The translations under genes were made by a program, and so were the position numbers. The notes beneath the pieces are model-generated. The model saw only the letters and a program-made list of their open reading frames with translations, did no database searches and was not told the DNA's origin. A stretch of 64,000 nt of DNA, from NCBI GenBank assembly GCA_902478835.1, contig CABSMU010000009.1, positions 2,214-66,213 of the forward strand, in the 5' to 3' direction. The DNA is from an uncultured Collinsella sp. Lineage in GTDB: Bacteria; Actinomycetota; Coriobacteriia; Coriobacteriales; Coriobacteriaceae. Below, one piece after another: positions 49,849-62,158 of this stretch. Every line of letters starts with the position of its first letter. Position 1 is the stretch's first letter.

Positions 49849-50996
49849 TTATGCAGATGGGATCTCTGCGTCAGCGTTGCCAGTGGCCCAGCGATGGTAG
49901 CCAATAACAAACGGGTCCAGGTCGCCATCGTCAAGAACTGCCTCGACGTTGCTGGTCTCAACGCCTGTGCGTAGGTCCTTAACCATCTGATACGGGTAGA
50001 GCACGTAGCTGCGGATCTGGTTGCCAAAACCAATCGTGGTCTTGGGCCCGCGAATCTCATCCAGGGCCTCGGCGCGCTTCTCGAGCTCAATCTCGTACAG
50101 GCGAGCCTTGAGGATCTGCATGCACGCGGCCTTGTTCTGGATCTGGCTGCGCTCGTTTTGGCAGGTGACCACAATGCCGCTGGGGAAATGCGTCACGCGC
50201 ACAGCGGAGTCGGTGGTGTTAACGCCCTGACCGCCCGGGCCGCTCGCGTGGTACACGTCCACGCGGATGTCATCGGGGCTGATCTCGATATCGATATCAT
50301 CGGGTAGCACGGGGATGACCTCGACGCCGGCGAACGTGGTCTGGCGGCGTTTCTTGTCGTCGGTGGGGCTAATGCGCACCAAGCGGTGGACGCCGGCCTC
50401 GGCGCGCAGCATGCCAAATGCGTCCTTGCCCTCGACGGTAAAGGTCGCGCGGTCGATGCCGATGACCTCAGCAGCGGGGCAGTCGTTAATCGTGACCTTC
50501 CAGCCGCGACGCTGGCAGTACTTCATGTACATCTTAAAGAGCATGAAGGTCCAGTCCTGGGCCTCCAGACCACCCTGTCCGGGCTTGATGGTCACAATGG
50601 CATCGCCGTGATCGAACTCACCGGTAAACCAGCTCGAAAGCTCAAGCTCATCGATGGCACGGGCCAGGCGCTCAGCCGTGGCTGTAGCCTCCTCGCGAAG
50701 GGCGGCGGCATCGGGGTCATCCCCCATCTCCTCGGCAAGCTCCAGCGCGGCGCGGGCATCGGAAAGCTCGCCGCGCGCGTTGTCCACGGCAGCGATATCT
50801 TCCTTGGTGCGCGCGATTTCCTCCATGGTGGCACGGGCGGCGTCGGCGTCATCCCAAAAGCCGGGGGCCACGCTTTTGGCCTCGAGCTCGGTCACGCGCG
50901 TGCGCTTTTCGTCCAAGTGGAGATACGACTCGACCTCGCCGAGCCGGTCCGCAAACGCGTCCAGCTCGGCGGGCGTTACCTCTAAAGCCTCAGCCA

Positions 50997-50997
<1 letters not shown>
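49849..50997 (-). CDS. prfB: Peptide chain release factor 2, single uninterrupted frame
   Basis: HRLVRISPTDDKKRRQTTF and SGPGGQGVNTTDSAVR (GGQ motif). No in-frame UGA or CUU UGA shift site. The ATG overlaps the secA stop (TAATG). Confidence 0.9.
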
Positions 50998-53825
<2,828 letters not shown>

Positions 53826-54029
53826 CGCCCACGCCGTGCAGCTGCGGGCGAGTTAAACACAGATGATTGTACTTTAGCCAAACAAGGCGCGGCCTATACG
53901 GTCGACCTCGACCGCCACGTAATAACTATGACCAACCTGCCGCAATGGAACAGGTTTATTTTGGCAGGTTTTATCTGAGCAAACGCCGTCTCTCTGCCAT
54001 TTGGTGCAATGGGGGCAGGTTGGTTTGCA

Positions 54030-54076
54030 CCAATAAAAAGAAAAGGGCCGCGCACCCAAACGGATGCACGGCCCTT
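54030..54076 (-). terminator. Rho-independent terminator after rpmE
   Basis: On the minus strand: AAGGGCCGTGCATCCGTTTGGGTGCGCGGCCCTT followed by TTCTTTTTATT. Confidence 0.8.
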
Positions 54077-54111
54077 ATGCCATGAATGCGAGTGCTTCCG
54101 CGGCGAGCTAT

Positions 54112-54525
54112 TTACTCAGCAGCCTCGGTGGTCTCGGCCTCGGCAGCGGCCTCCTCGACGGGAGCCTCTGCGGCCTGCTTGGCAGCCTCCTCGGCAAACT
54201 TAGCAGCACGCTTAGCCTTCTCGGCAGCCTTAGCCTCAGCGGCGGCCTTGCGAGCAGCCTCGGCCTCAGCAGCCTTGGCGGCCTTGGCAGCCTTGGCCTC
54301 CTCGGCCTTCTTGAGCTGGGCGGCAGCGGCGCCACCGAACTTGTCGGCGAAGCGCTGGACGCGTCCACCGGTGTCGACGAACTTCTGCTGGCCGGTGTAG
54401 AACGGGTGGCACTCGTTGCAAAGCTCGACCTTCATCTCGGACACGGTAGCGTGCGTCTTGAAGGTGTTGCCGCAGGAGCACGTCACCGTGCACTCGACAT
54501 ACTGGGGATGGATACCCTGCTTCAT
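54112..54525 (-). CDS. rpmE: 50S ribosomal protein L31 (Zn-binding type) with a ~65-aa Ala/Lys/Glu-rich C-terminal extension
   Basis: [24 protein letters not shown]...[29 protein letters not shown], then [34 protein letters not shown]... Confidence 0.9.
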   Translation of the reverse strand: MKQGIHPQYVECTVTCSCGNTFKTHATVSEMKVELCNECHPFYTGQQKFVDTGGRVQRFADKFGGAAAAQLKKAEEAKAAKAAKAAEAEAARKAAAEAKAAEKAKRAAKFAEEAAKQAAEAPVEEAAAEAETTEAAE

Positions 54526-54829
54526 GGTAGGACTCCTTATTGGTCAGGCGCTGGTTACCGATCAGCGCATAAGGCGTCTTGGTTTCCGACCAAGACAACA
54601 AACTCGGCTATGGTACCACGGCGCCGCGCGTCCCACAAAAGGTTCACGGTCTTTGTGCAACGCGGCGTGGCCAACCGCAGCGGACACGCACCCTGTCGCC
54701 CCTTCTCCCATGTTGCAGACGTGTAACGCCGCAGTAAGCACACCCCTTTTGGCGCCAGACAGGTACAATGATGAACACTGTACCGTAGCGGAGCGCCCCG
54801 CGCGCCGCAACCACGCGAAAGGGTTTCCC

Positions 54830-55117
54830 ATGGCCGAGATCTCGTCCTCCCGTATCGTCATCACCGTCCTTGGCAAGAACCGCCCCGGTATCGTCGCCGG
54901 CGTCACCCGTGTTCTAGGCGAGGCCAACGTCGACATCCGCGACATCACGCAGTCCATTATCGAGGACATCTTCACCATGACCATGCTGGCCGATACCGCC
55001 GAGTCCAAGCTCGACTTCGCTGAGCTGCAGAAGGCCCTGGCCGAGGCCGGCGAGCTTTCGGGCGTCAACGTGTCCATCCAGCGCGAGGACGTCTTTAACT
55101 TTATGTACCGCTTGTAG
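54830..55117 (+). CDS. ACT-domain protein (UPF0237-like)
   Basis: 95-aa MAEISSSRIVITVLGKNRPGIVAGVTRVLGEANVDIRDITQSIIEDIFTMTMLAD. Start is ATG 54830 inside ORF 54416..55117. Confidence 0.7.
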   Translation: MAEISSSRIVITVLGKNRPGIVAGVTRVLGEANVDIRDITQSIIEDIFTMTMLADTAESKLDFAELQKALAEAGELSGVNVSIQREDVFNFMYRL

Positions 55118-55194
55118 CGAGCAAGCCGCCGGGGATTGCCTGACACGCGCATGCCCATGCAAGCCACCCCGATGCGGCCCGGAGAGGAGCGCAC

Positions 55195-56613
55195 ATGGCC
55201 TACGACGCCAAGAAAATCTATTACCGCTTCGATGACCACTTGAGCCGACTGGTTCTGGATTACGAAGCAAGCCGCCAGATTTCGTCTGAGAGCGAAAGCC
55301 TCTACCACGGCCTTCCGACCGACCCTTATGAAGAGGGCCTGTTTGTCGAGCACAATGTCAAGCGCGGCCTGCGCAATGCCGACGGCTCGGGCGTGGTCGC
55401 GGGCCTCACTCGTATCTCGGATGTGCACGGCTACAACAAGGTCGACGGAAAGGTCGTGCCCGATCAGGGCAAGCTCACGCTTCGCGGCTACAGCATCGAG
55501 GATCTGGTCAACAATGCCCAAGCCGAGAATCGCTACGGCTACGAGGAAGTCGCCTATCTGCTCATCACGGGTTCGCTCCCTAACAAGGAAGAGCTCGACG
55601 GCTTTTGCGAGCGCCTGGGCGCCTTTAGACATCTGAGCGACGAGTACGTTAAAGAGTTCCCTATGACCACGGTGTCGTCGAGCATCATGAACGTGCTCCA
55701 GCGCGCCGTACTGCTGCTCTACGCCTTCGATGCCGAACCAGACGTGATCACGCCCGAGCACGAAATCGACGTCGCCATTTCCATGCTCGCACGTCTCCCG
55801 CGCATCGCCGCCTTCGCACACATGGCCTCGGTCGCCAAGCTTCGCGGCTCCGAGGTTCACGTGCCGCACCCCACGCCCGGTCTCTCCACCGCCGAGACCA
55901 TCCTGCAGGTCTTGCGCGGTGGCATGGCGTTCACCCGCGACGAAGCCATGCTGCTCGACGTGATGCTCATGCTGCATGCCGAGCACGGCGGCGGTAACAA
56001 CTCCACCTTCGCTTGCCGCGTGCTGTCGTCTTCGGCCACCGACCCGTATTCCGCTTATGCCGCGGCCATCGGCTCGCTCAAGGGCCCGCGCCACGGCGGC
56101 GCCAACGCCAAGGTCGTGTCCATGCACGAGGACATCCGTGCGCATGTCTCCAACTGGGAGGACGAGGACGAGGTCGCAGCCTACCTGGGCAAGATCCTCG
56201 ATAAGCAGGCCTTCGACGGCACGGGCCTCATCTACGGTATGGGCCACGCCGTCTACACGCTGAGCGACCCGCGCGCCGAGGTGTGCCGCCGTTACGCGCG
56301 CACGCTTGCCGCCAAGAAGGACCTGGGCGAGGAGTTCGCGCTCATCGAGCGCATCGAGCGTCTGGCCCCGCAGGTGATGCGCGATCACGGCATGACCAAG
56401 CCCATCTGCGCCAACATCGACCTGTACACGGGCTTTATCTACAAGATGCTCGGCGTGCCCGAGACGCTCTTTACGCCGCTGTTCGCCGTCGCCCGCATGG
56501 CCGGCTGGTCGGCGCACCGCATGGAAGAGCTCTTCTGCGCGCATCGCATCATCCGCCCGGCATACCGTCCGGTGATCGATCCGCTGGAGTACAAGCCGCT
56601 CGCCGATCGCTAG
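55195..56613 (+). CDS. Citrate synthase family protein
   Basis: 472 aa with LMLHAEHGGGNNSTFACRV, GPRHGGANAKV and GMGHAVYTLSDPRA, the catalytic His/Asp regions of citrate synthases. Confidence 0.85.
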   Translation: MAYDAKKIYYRFDDHLSRLVLDYEASRQISSESESLYHGLPTDPYEEGLFVEHNVKRGLRNADGSGVVAGLTRISDVHGYNKVDGKVVPDQGKLTLRGYSIEDLVNNAQAENRYGYEEVAYLLITGSLPNKEELDGFCERLGAFRHLSDEYVKEFPMTTVSSSIMNVLQRAVLLLYAFDAEPDVITPEHEIDVAISMLARLPRIAAFAHMASVAKLRGSEVHVPHPTPGLSTAETILQVLRGGMAFTRDEAMLLDVMLMLHAEHGGGNNSTFACRVLSSSATDPYSAYAAAIGSLKGPRHGGANAKVVSMHEDIRAHVSNWEDEDEVAAYLGKILDKQAFDGTGLIYGMGHAVYTLSDPRAEVCRRYARTLAAKKDLGEEFALIERIERLAPQVMRDHGMTKPICANIDLYTGFIYKMLGVPETLFTPLFAVARMAGWSAHRMEELFCAHRIIRPAYRPVIDPLEYKPLADR

Positions 56614-56700
56614 GACGCGGACCGTTATAGAACCCGAGCGTGGCCAGGGCATCACCGCCCTCGGCCACGCTTTTTATGCCAGTAGAAAGGGCTGCATCGA

Positions 56701-57543
56701 ATGATTGTGTTTTCCGATATGGATGGAACGCTGCTGACGAGTGACAAGCAGATGAGCGACGCCACCTGGGCGATGCTCGACGAGCTTGCGCGCCGCGGTG
56801 TTGAGTTTGTGCCCTGCACGGGGCGCCCGCTGTCAGGCATCTTTGAGCCCATCCTCGCTCACCCCGCCGTACACTACGCGGTCTGCGCCAACGGTGCCAG
56901 CGTCTGGCAGCTCGACGCCGGTACGCCCACCGACGTCTCGCGCGCCACGTGCATCTTGAGCCGTCCGCTCGACCGTGGCATTGCCCACCGCATCCATCGC
57001 ATTGCCGCCGGCCACGATGTGACCTTCGATATCTTCGCGGATGGGCAGTGCTTCCTCCCCCGCTCGCTATACGGGCGTCTGGATGAGTTCTGTGGCGGCG
57101 ACCCCCACATCGCGGCTTCGCTCAAGCGCACACGAACACCGATCGACATGGATATCGACAGCAAGATCGACGAGGTCGAGACGCTCGAACGCATCGCCAT
57201 GTACTGGCACGACCCGGCCGATCGCGACGCCATCGCGGCGGCGCTCGACACGCTCGAAGGCATTGAGGTCACGCGTTCGTACGCCATGAATATCGAGGTC
57301 ATGGGCGAGGGCGCCACCAAGGGGACGGCCCTCACGTGGTTATGCGAGCACCTGGGCGAGCGTCTCGCCGACGCCTGGGCGTTCGGCGACAACATCAACG
57401 ACATCCCCATGCTACAGGCAGCGGGCCACGGCATGGCCATGATCAACGCCGAGTCCGAAGACCGCGAGGCCGCCGACGCCATCACCGAATACGACAACGA
57501 CCACGACGGCGTCGCCCGCACCATCATGGCCGCCCTCGCTTAG
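56701..57543 (+). CDS. Cof-type HAD-IIB family hydrolase
   Basis: MIVFSDMDGTLL (DxD nucleophile motif), TGRPLSG and FGDNINDIPML. Confidence 0.8.
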   Translation: MIVFSDMDGTLLTSDKQMSDATWAMLDELARRGVEFVPCTGRPLSGIFEPILAHPAVHYAVCANGASVWQLDAGTPTDVSRATCILSRPLDRGIAHRIHRIAAGHDVTFDIFADGQCFLPRSLYGRLDEFCGGDPHIAASLKRTRTPIDMDIDSKIDEVETLERIAMYWHDPADRDAIAAALDTLEGIEVTRSYAMNIEVMGEGATKGTALTWLCEHLGERLADAWAFGDNINDIPMLQAAGHGMAMINAESEDREAADAITEYDNDHDGVARTIMAALA

Positions 57544-57551
57544 TCGTTGGG

Positions 57552-57598
57552 TAGTCATTGGGGACGTTCTTAAACGACTAGTCGTTGGGGACAGTCTT
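57552..57598. repeat. Left copy of a 47-bp inverted repeat flanking the second HAD gene
   Basis: TAGTCATTGGGGACGTTCTTAAACGACTAGTCGTTGGGGACAGTCTT. It matches the reverse complement of 58621..58667 at 43/47 positions. Confidence 0.85.
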
Positions 57599-57663
57599 CG
57601 CAAAAAAGCTGCAAGGACTGTCCCCCCACTGCCGGCAGAAAAGGAACGTCCCCATCTGCCGGA

Positions 57664-58458
57664 TTAAGCGAGACTCTCCAGCACGCGACGGAGCTCCTGC
57701 TGGACGGCGTGGTCGCGATTACAACCCACCACGCGATCGGCCACCGCCTTGAGCGCGGGACGCGCGTTTTCCATCGCGCAGCCCGTGCCGACAAAGCGAA
57801 TGATCTCGTAGTCGTTCATCGAGTCGCCAAACGCCATGACCTCGTCGCGTTCGACGCCATAGTGCTCCATGAGCTGCTCGATTCCCGAGGCTTTCGACAC
57901 ACCGGGCTGCATGGCATCGATCCATGCGTTTCCAGAAGGCGCAAAGGTAAAGAGCTGGCCAAGCTCGCGCTGCAGTACGTAGGCACTGTCCATAACGGCA
58001 CAGTCATCGCAAAAGATACTCGCCTTGATGATATTTACGCTGGGATCGGGCAGCTCCCAAATGCGCTCGGCATTGGGAAGGTCCTTATCGACCTCACGCA
58101 CGAACTTGCACTCGTCATCGAGCAGGAAGGACTTGGTTCGGTCAAAGAGCGCAAGATGCAGATTGGGAAACGTCCTGACGGCTTGGGCGAGCCTTCGAAT
58201 CGCCAGGTGGGAATACACCTCACGGTCTACCATCTTACCGTCGGCGTAGACCTGGGCGCCGTTAGCGGCGACAAAGTCCATCTTGTCGCGAACGGGCGCA
58301 AAGAACTCGCACAGGCGATCGTAGCGACGACCTGACGATGCAGCGAAATGCACACCATGCTCGTGTAGCGCCAGAATCAGTTCGTAGGTCTCGGGAGGCA
58401 CCTGGCCGTTTTCGTCAAGCAGTGTGCCGTCCATATCGGATGCAATCAGTTTAAACAT
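57664..58458 (-). CDS. Cof-type HAD-IIB family hydrolase
   Basis: MFKLIASDMDGTLLDENG, SGRRYD and FGDSMNDYEI. Confidence 0.8.
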   Translation of the reverse strand: MFKLIASDMDGTLLDENGQVPPETYELILALHEHGVHFAASSGRRYDRLCEFFAPVRDKMDFVAANGAQVYADGKMVDREVYSHLAIRRLAQAVRTFPNLHLALFDRTKSFLLDDECKFVREVDKDLPNAERIWELPDPSVNIIKASIFCDDCAVMDSAYVLQRELGQLFTFAPSGNAWIDAMQPGVSKASGIEQLMEHYGVERDEVMAFGDSMNDYEIIRFVGTGCAMENARPALKAVADRVVGCNRDHAVQQELRRVLESLA

Positions 58459-58620
58459 AGAAAAGCTCCCTTCGGGCTTGATGGAATCGGACGTATATCC
58501 AAAATCACCGTACCCAAAGGGAGCTCAAATAAGACTCCGCGGGCGCAAACGTTACAAGGACCTAGCAAATAGCTCACGCGCGCCAGAGGCCCCACGGTCG
58601 CGACGTCAGGCAGCCCGCCA

Positions 58621-58667
58621 AAGAGTGTCCCCGACGATTAGTCGTTTAAGAACGTCCCCGATGACTA
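58621..58667. repeat. Right copy of the 47-bp inverted repeat
   Basis: Reverse complement: TAGTCATCGGGGACGTTCTTAAACGACTAATCGTCGGGGACACTCTT. It overlaps the stop codon of the adenine deaminase gene. Confidence 0.85.
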
Positions 58668-60485
58668 GTCGGCATAGGTGAAGGTTGTAACGTCGAACAT
58701 GCCCTCGGGGCGGATGCGGAGCGTCGGGATGACCGGCAGGGGCAGGAAGATGATGCCCATGATGGGGTCGAGCGGCGGCTCAATACCCATGGCGCGCGCC
58801 TTGACCATAAAGTCGTCGTGCTGCGCAGCAACGTCCTCGGCCGTGCCTTCGCTCATAAGGCCACCGAGCGCCAGCGGAATACGCGCCACGACCTTGCCGT
58901 TGCGCACCAGCACGTGGCCGCCCTGGCCCACGGCCTCGACGGCAGCCATCATATCAGCCGCGCTGTCGCCCACCACGCACACGTTGTGCGAGTCGTGGCC
59001 GATCGTCGAGGCGATGGCACCGCCCGTGATGGTAAAGCCGCGCACCCAGCCGCGACCGATATGCTTGCCGACCAGGCCCAGGCCAGCGGGGCCGTCGCCA
59101 TCGGCGCCCTCGGCCTGCAGCGACACGCCGCGGCCGTGGCGCTCGATAAGCATAATGCGGCGCAGGCCCTCGGCACTCTCGGGGCGAGCCATACCCGTGA
59201 TGGCCATACCCGGGATGACATCGATAACGGCCTCGCCCGGCTTAAAGGCATAATCGAATACGTCGAGCGAAAGCTTCGGCAGTTTAACGGAAGCGCGCAG
59301 CTCATCGGCAAGGGCCGCAACCTCGACCATCTCGGGTGCAATCTCGCCCACAAAGGTGCCGTCCTGCGCCACCAGAGCACCGGCGGCATAGACACGATGC
59401 GGAGCCTTGGCAAACGTCAGGTCATCGAGCAACAGCAGGTCGGCGCGTTTGCCCGGGGCGATTGCGCCGCGGAGCTCGTGCGGGTCGCGGCAGCCGTGGT
59501 CCAGGCCAAATGCCTCAGCCGTGGAAAGGGACGCCATGGAGATGGCGACCACCGGGTCGACGCCAGCCTCGATGGCCACGCGGCAGGCATTGTCGATCAT
59601 GCCGGTCGAAAGCGCGTCGGAGGGAGCGCGGTCGTCGGTCGCAAAGCAGCAGCGGCGGGCGCGGGCGGGGTTTTCCAGCAGCATCGGGGACAAATTGGCC
59701 AGATCGTGGCTGCACGTGCCCTCACGCAGCATCACATACATGCCGCGGGACAGTTTATCGAGCGCCTCCTCGGGAATCGTCGACTCGTGGTCGGCGATAA
59801 TACCCGCCGCGGCATAGGCGTTGAGGTCCTTGCCGGCAACGAGCGGCGCGTGGCCGTCAACCTGCTTGGACGGCGTCTGGTTGGCAGCATCGATGCGAGC
59901 GCAAGTCTCGGGGTCGGCCATAAAGACGCCCGGCAGGTTCATCATTTCGCCCAGACCAAAGACATCGCCTGGATGCTCGGCAAAAAACGCCTGCATATCG
60001 GCAGCAGAAATAACGGCACCGGCCTGCTCGTCGGGCAGCGCGGGCACGCACGAAGGCATCATGTATTTGATGGAGATGGGTGCGCGGCGGCCGTCCTCAA
60101 TCATAAAGCGCAGGCCGTCCAGGCCCGCCACATTAGCAATCTCGTGGCTGTCGGCAATGGCGGTGGTAGTACCGCGCGTCGCGGCCATGCGAGCATACTC
60201 GGCGGGACGGATGTTCGAAGACTCGATATGCAGATGCCCGTCAATAAAACCGGGAGCGAGATAGCGACCCTGGCAGTCGATGACCTCAGTTGCCTCATAG
60301 GTGCCAGCGGCATCGTCGCGACCATCGTAGAGCACGCCGACGATCACACCGTCCTTGACGGCAACGCTACCGGGCGCCACGCGCTGGCCATACACGTCGA
60401 CGATCTGTGCATTGGTAAACAGCGTGTCGACGGGCACGCGGCCCTCAGCGGCCTCGATCACAGTCCTCATGACCTCAACGGACAT
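58665..60485 (-). CDS. ade: Adenine deaminase
   Basis: PGFIDGHLHIESS, a large two-domain amidohydrolase of about 600 aa. Start at ATG 60485 follows AAAGGAG; the ORF track opens at 60527. Confidence 0.8.
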   Translation of the reverse strand: MSVEVMRTVIEAAEGRVPVDTLFTNAQIVDVYGQRVAPGSVAVKDGVIVGVLYDGRDDAAGTYEATEVIDCQGRYLAPGFIDGHLHIESSNIRPAEYARMAATRGTTTAIADSHEIANVAGLDGLRFMIEDGRRAPISIKYMMPSCVPALPDEQAGAVISAADMQAFFAEHPGDVFGLGEMMNLPGVFMADPETCARIDAANQTPSKQVDGHAPLVAGKDLNAYAAAGIIADHESTIPEEALDKLSRGMYVMLREGTCSHDLANLSPMLLENPARARRCCFATDDRAPSDALSTGMIDNACRVAIEAGVDPVVAISMASLSTAEAFGLDHGCRDPHELRGAIAPGKRADLLLLDDLTFAKAPHRVYAAGALVAQDGTFVGEIAPEMVEVAALADELRASVKLPKLSLDVFDYAFKPGEAVIDVIPGMAITGMARPESAEGLRRIMLIERHGRGVSLQAEGADGDGPAGLGLVGKHIGRGWVRGFTITGGAIASTIGHDSHNVCVVGDSAADMMAAVEAVGQGGHVLVRNGKVVARIPLALGGLMSEGTAEDVAAQHDDFMVKARAMGIEPPLDPIMGIIFLPLPVIPTLRIRPEGMFDVTTFTYAD

Positions 60486-60504
60486 ACATACTCCTTTAAC
60501 CGTA

Positions 60505-60541
60505 GAAAAAAGCTGCGGAGCGGACAAGCCTTCACCGCAGC
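60505..60541 (-). terminator. Terminator-like hairpin with U-tract 20 nt upstream of the ade start (possible attenuator)
   Basis: On the minus strand: GCTGCGG-tgaaggcttgtccgct-CCGCAGC followed by TTTTTTCTACGG, then the RBS. Confidence 0.6.
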
Positions 60542-60849
60542 ATGCTCATAGCCATTGTATGCCCAAACGATGGGCCAACAATACGCCCCTCCGCTTAACG
60601 GCACACGCCACTTGGTGCAATGGGGACTGCCGCTGAGCACCAATGACTACTCGACGACTACTAACTGCCGTCCCGACAACAAAAACGCCGATGTTTTGGC
60701 AACGACAGCGAGCGGGTCGCATTTGAGACAAGGTGACGTGAAACGAAAGGGCGCTGACCTTCTGGTCGCGCCCTTGAAGTTGAACGTCAGATTGTCCAAA
60801 TGCGGCCCGCGCAGCGTCGGCCGGTCCGCCGTTCGGTAGAACGGCGGAA

Positions 60850-62061
60850 CTAAATCAACTTAAAGCCCTTGCGCTTGCCTACGGAGAGGGTGTCGCCCAG
60901 CTTGAGGGCGCTCGGATCGATGTTGTAGCTCTTGGAAGCCACAGCCTTGCCGTTGATCTTGACGCCGCCGCCGTCGATGTCGCGGCGGGCCTGACCGGCG
61001 CTGGCCGAAAGGCCCAGGTCCTTGAGCAGGCCAGCGAGGTAAATCTGGCCCTCGTCGTTGACGGTCAGCTCAACGTGCTTCTCGGGGAAGTCGGCAAGCT
61101 GGCCCTCCTTGAACACACGGTCGAACTCGGCCTGAGCCTCGTCGCCGGCGCCAGCACCGTGGTAGGTGTCGCACAGGTCGCGGCCTAGAGCGCGCTTGAG
61201 CTCGTAGGGGTCGGCGGAGCCATCGGCCAGGGCGGCATCGATCTTGTCGACCTCGGCCGGGGCGAGCGAGCTGGCCAGACGATAGTACTTGCCGATCATC
61301 TCGTCGGGGATGGACATGGTCTTGCCGAACATATCCTTGGGAGCGTCGGTCAGGCCGATGTAGTTGCCATAGGACTTGGACATCTTGCGCACGCCGTCGG
61401 TGCCCTCGAGCAGCGGCATGGTAAGCGCGATCTGCGGCTCCATGCCCATCTTCTCCATGAGCTCGCGGCCGGCGAGCAGGTTGAAGAGCTGGTCGGTGCC
61501 GCCCATCTCGACGTCGGCCTTGATCTGAACGGAGTCGAAGGCCTGCATCACGGGGTACAGAAACTCGTGCAGGGCAATCGGCGTCTGGGACTGGTAGCGC
61601 TTGGTAAAGTCGTCGCGCTCAAGGATGCGGGCGACGGTGAACTTGGAGCACACCTGCAGCAGGCCGGCCAGGTCCATCGAAAGGATCCAGTCGCCGTTGT
61701 GCACGATGGTGGTCTTCTCGGGGTCCAGGATCTTCATGGCCTGGCTCACGTAGGTCTCGGCGTTGGCCTCGATCTGCTCCTGCGAAAGCTGCGGGCGGGT
61801 GGAGTTCTTGCCCGAGGGGTCGCCGATCAGCGCAGTGCCGTTGCCGATGATAAGGGTGACGTTGTGGCCCAGGTCCTGGAACTGACGCATCTTGCGCAGG
61901 GGCACGGCATGGCCCAGGTGCAGGTCGGGGCTGGTGGGATCGACGCCGAGCTTGATGTTGAGGGGCTCGCCCTTCTCAAGCTTCTTGCGAAGGTCGGCCT
62001 CGGGGACGATCTGCGCTGCACCCGAGGTGATGATACGCATTTGCTCGTCAACAGACAGCAT
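60850..62061 (-). CDS. tyrS: Tyrosine--tRNA ligase
   Basis: PDLHLGHAVPL (HIGH), KMSKSYGN (KMSKS) and a C-terminal S4 domain. Confidence 0.9.
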   Translation of the reverse strand: MLSVDEQMRIITSGAAQIVPEADLRKKLEKGEPLNIKLGVDPTSPDLHLGHAVPLRKMRQFQDLGHNVTLIIGNGTALIGDPSGKNSTRPQLSQEQIEANAETYVSQAMKILDPEKTTIVHNGDWILSMDLAGLLQVCSKFTVARILERDDFTKRYQSQTPIALHEFLYPVMQAFDSVQIKADVEMGGTDQLFNLLAGRELMEKMGMEPQIALTMPLLEGTDGVRKMSKSYGNYIGLTDAPKDMFGKTMSIPDEMIGKYYRLASSLAPAEVDKIDAALADGSADPYELKRALGRDLCDTYHGAGAGDEAQAEFDRVFKEGQLADFPEKHVELTVNDEGQIYLAGLLKDLGLSASAGQARRDIDGGGVKINGKAVASKSYNIDPSALKLGDTLSVGKRKGFKLI

Positions 62062-62158
62062 TGGGTATCCTCCTTTTGCTATAGCACCCTCACCGGATAC
62101 GGCGGTGCTGGAAGTTCATAAACCCATTAATAATAACCAAAACAGCGCGACGCGGCAC

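Noticed and set aside
62062-62158. T-box leader upstream of tyrS
   Set aside because: Only 97 nt separate tyrS from the upstream gene. There is no specifier-loop/T-box sequence or terminator.
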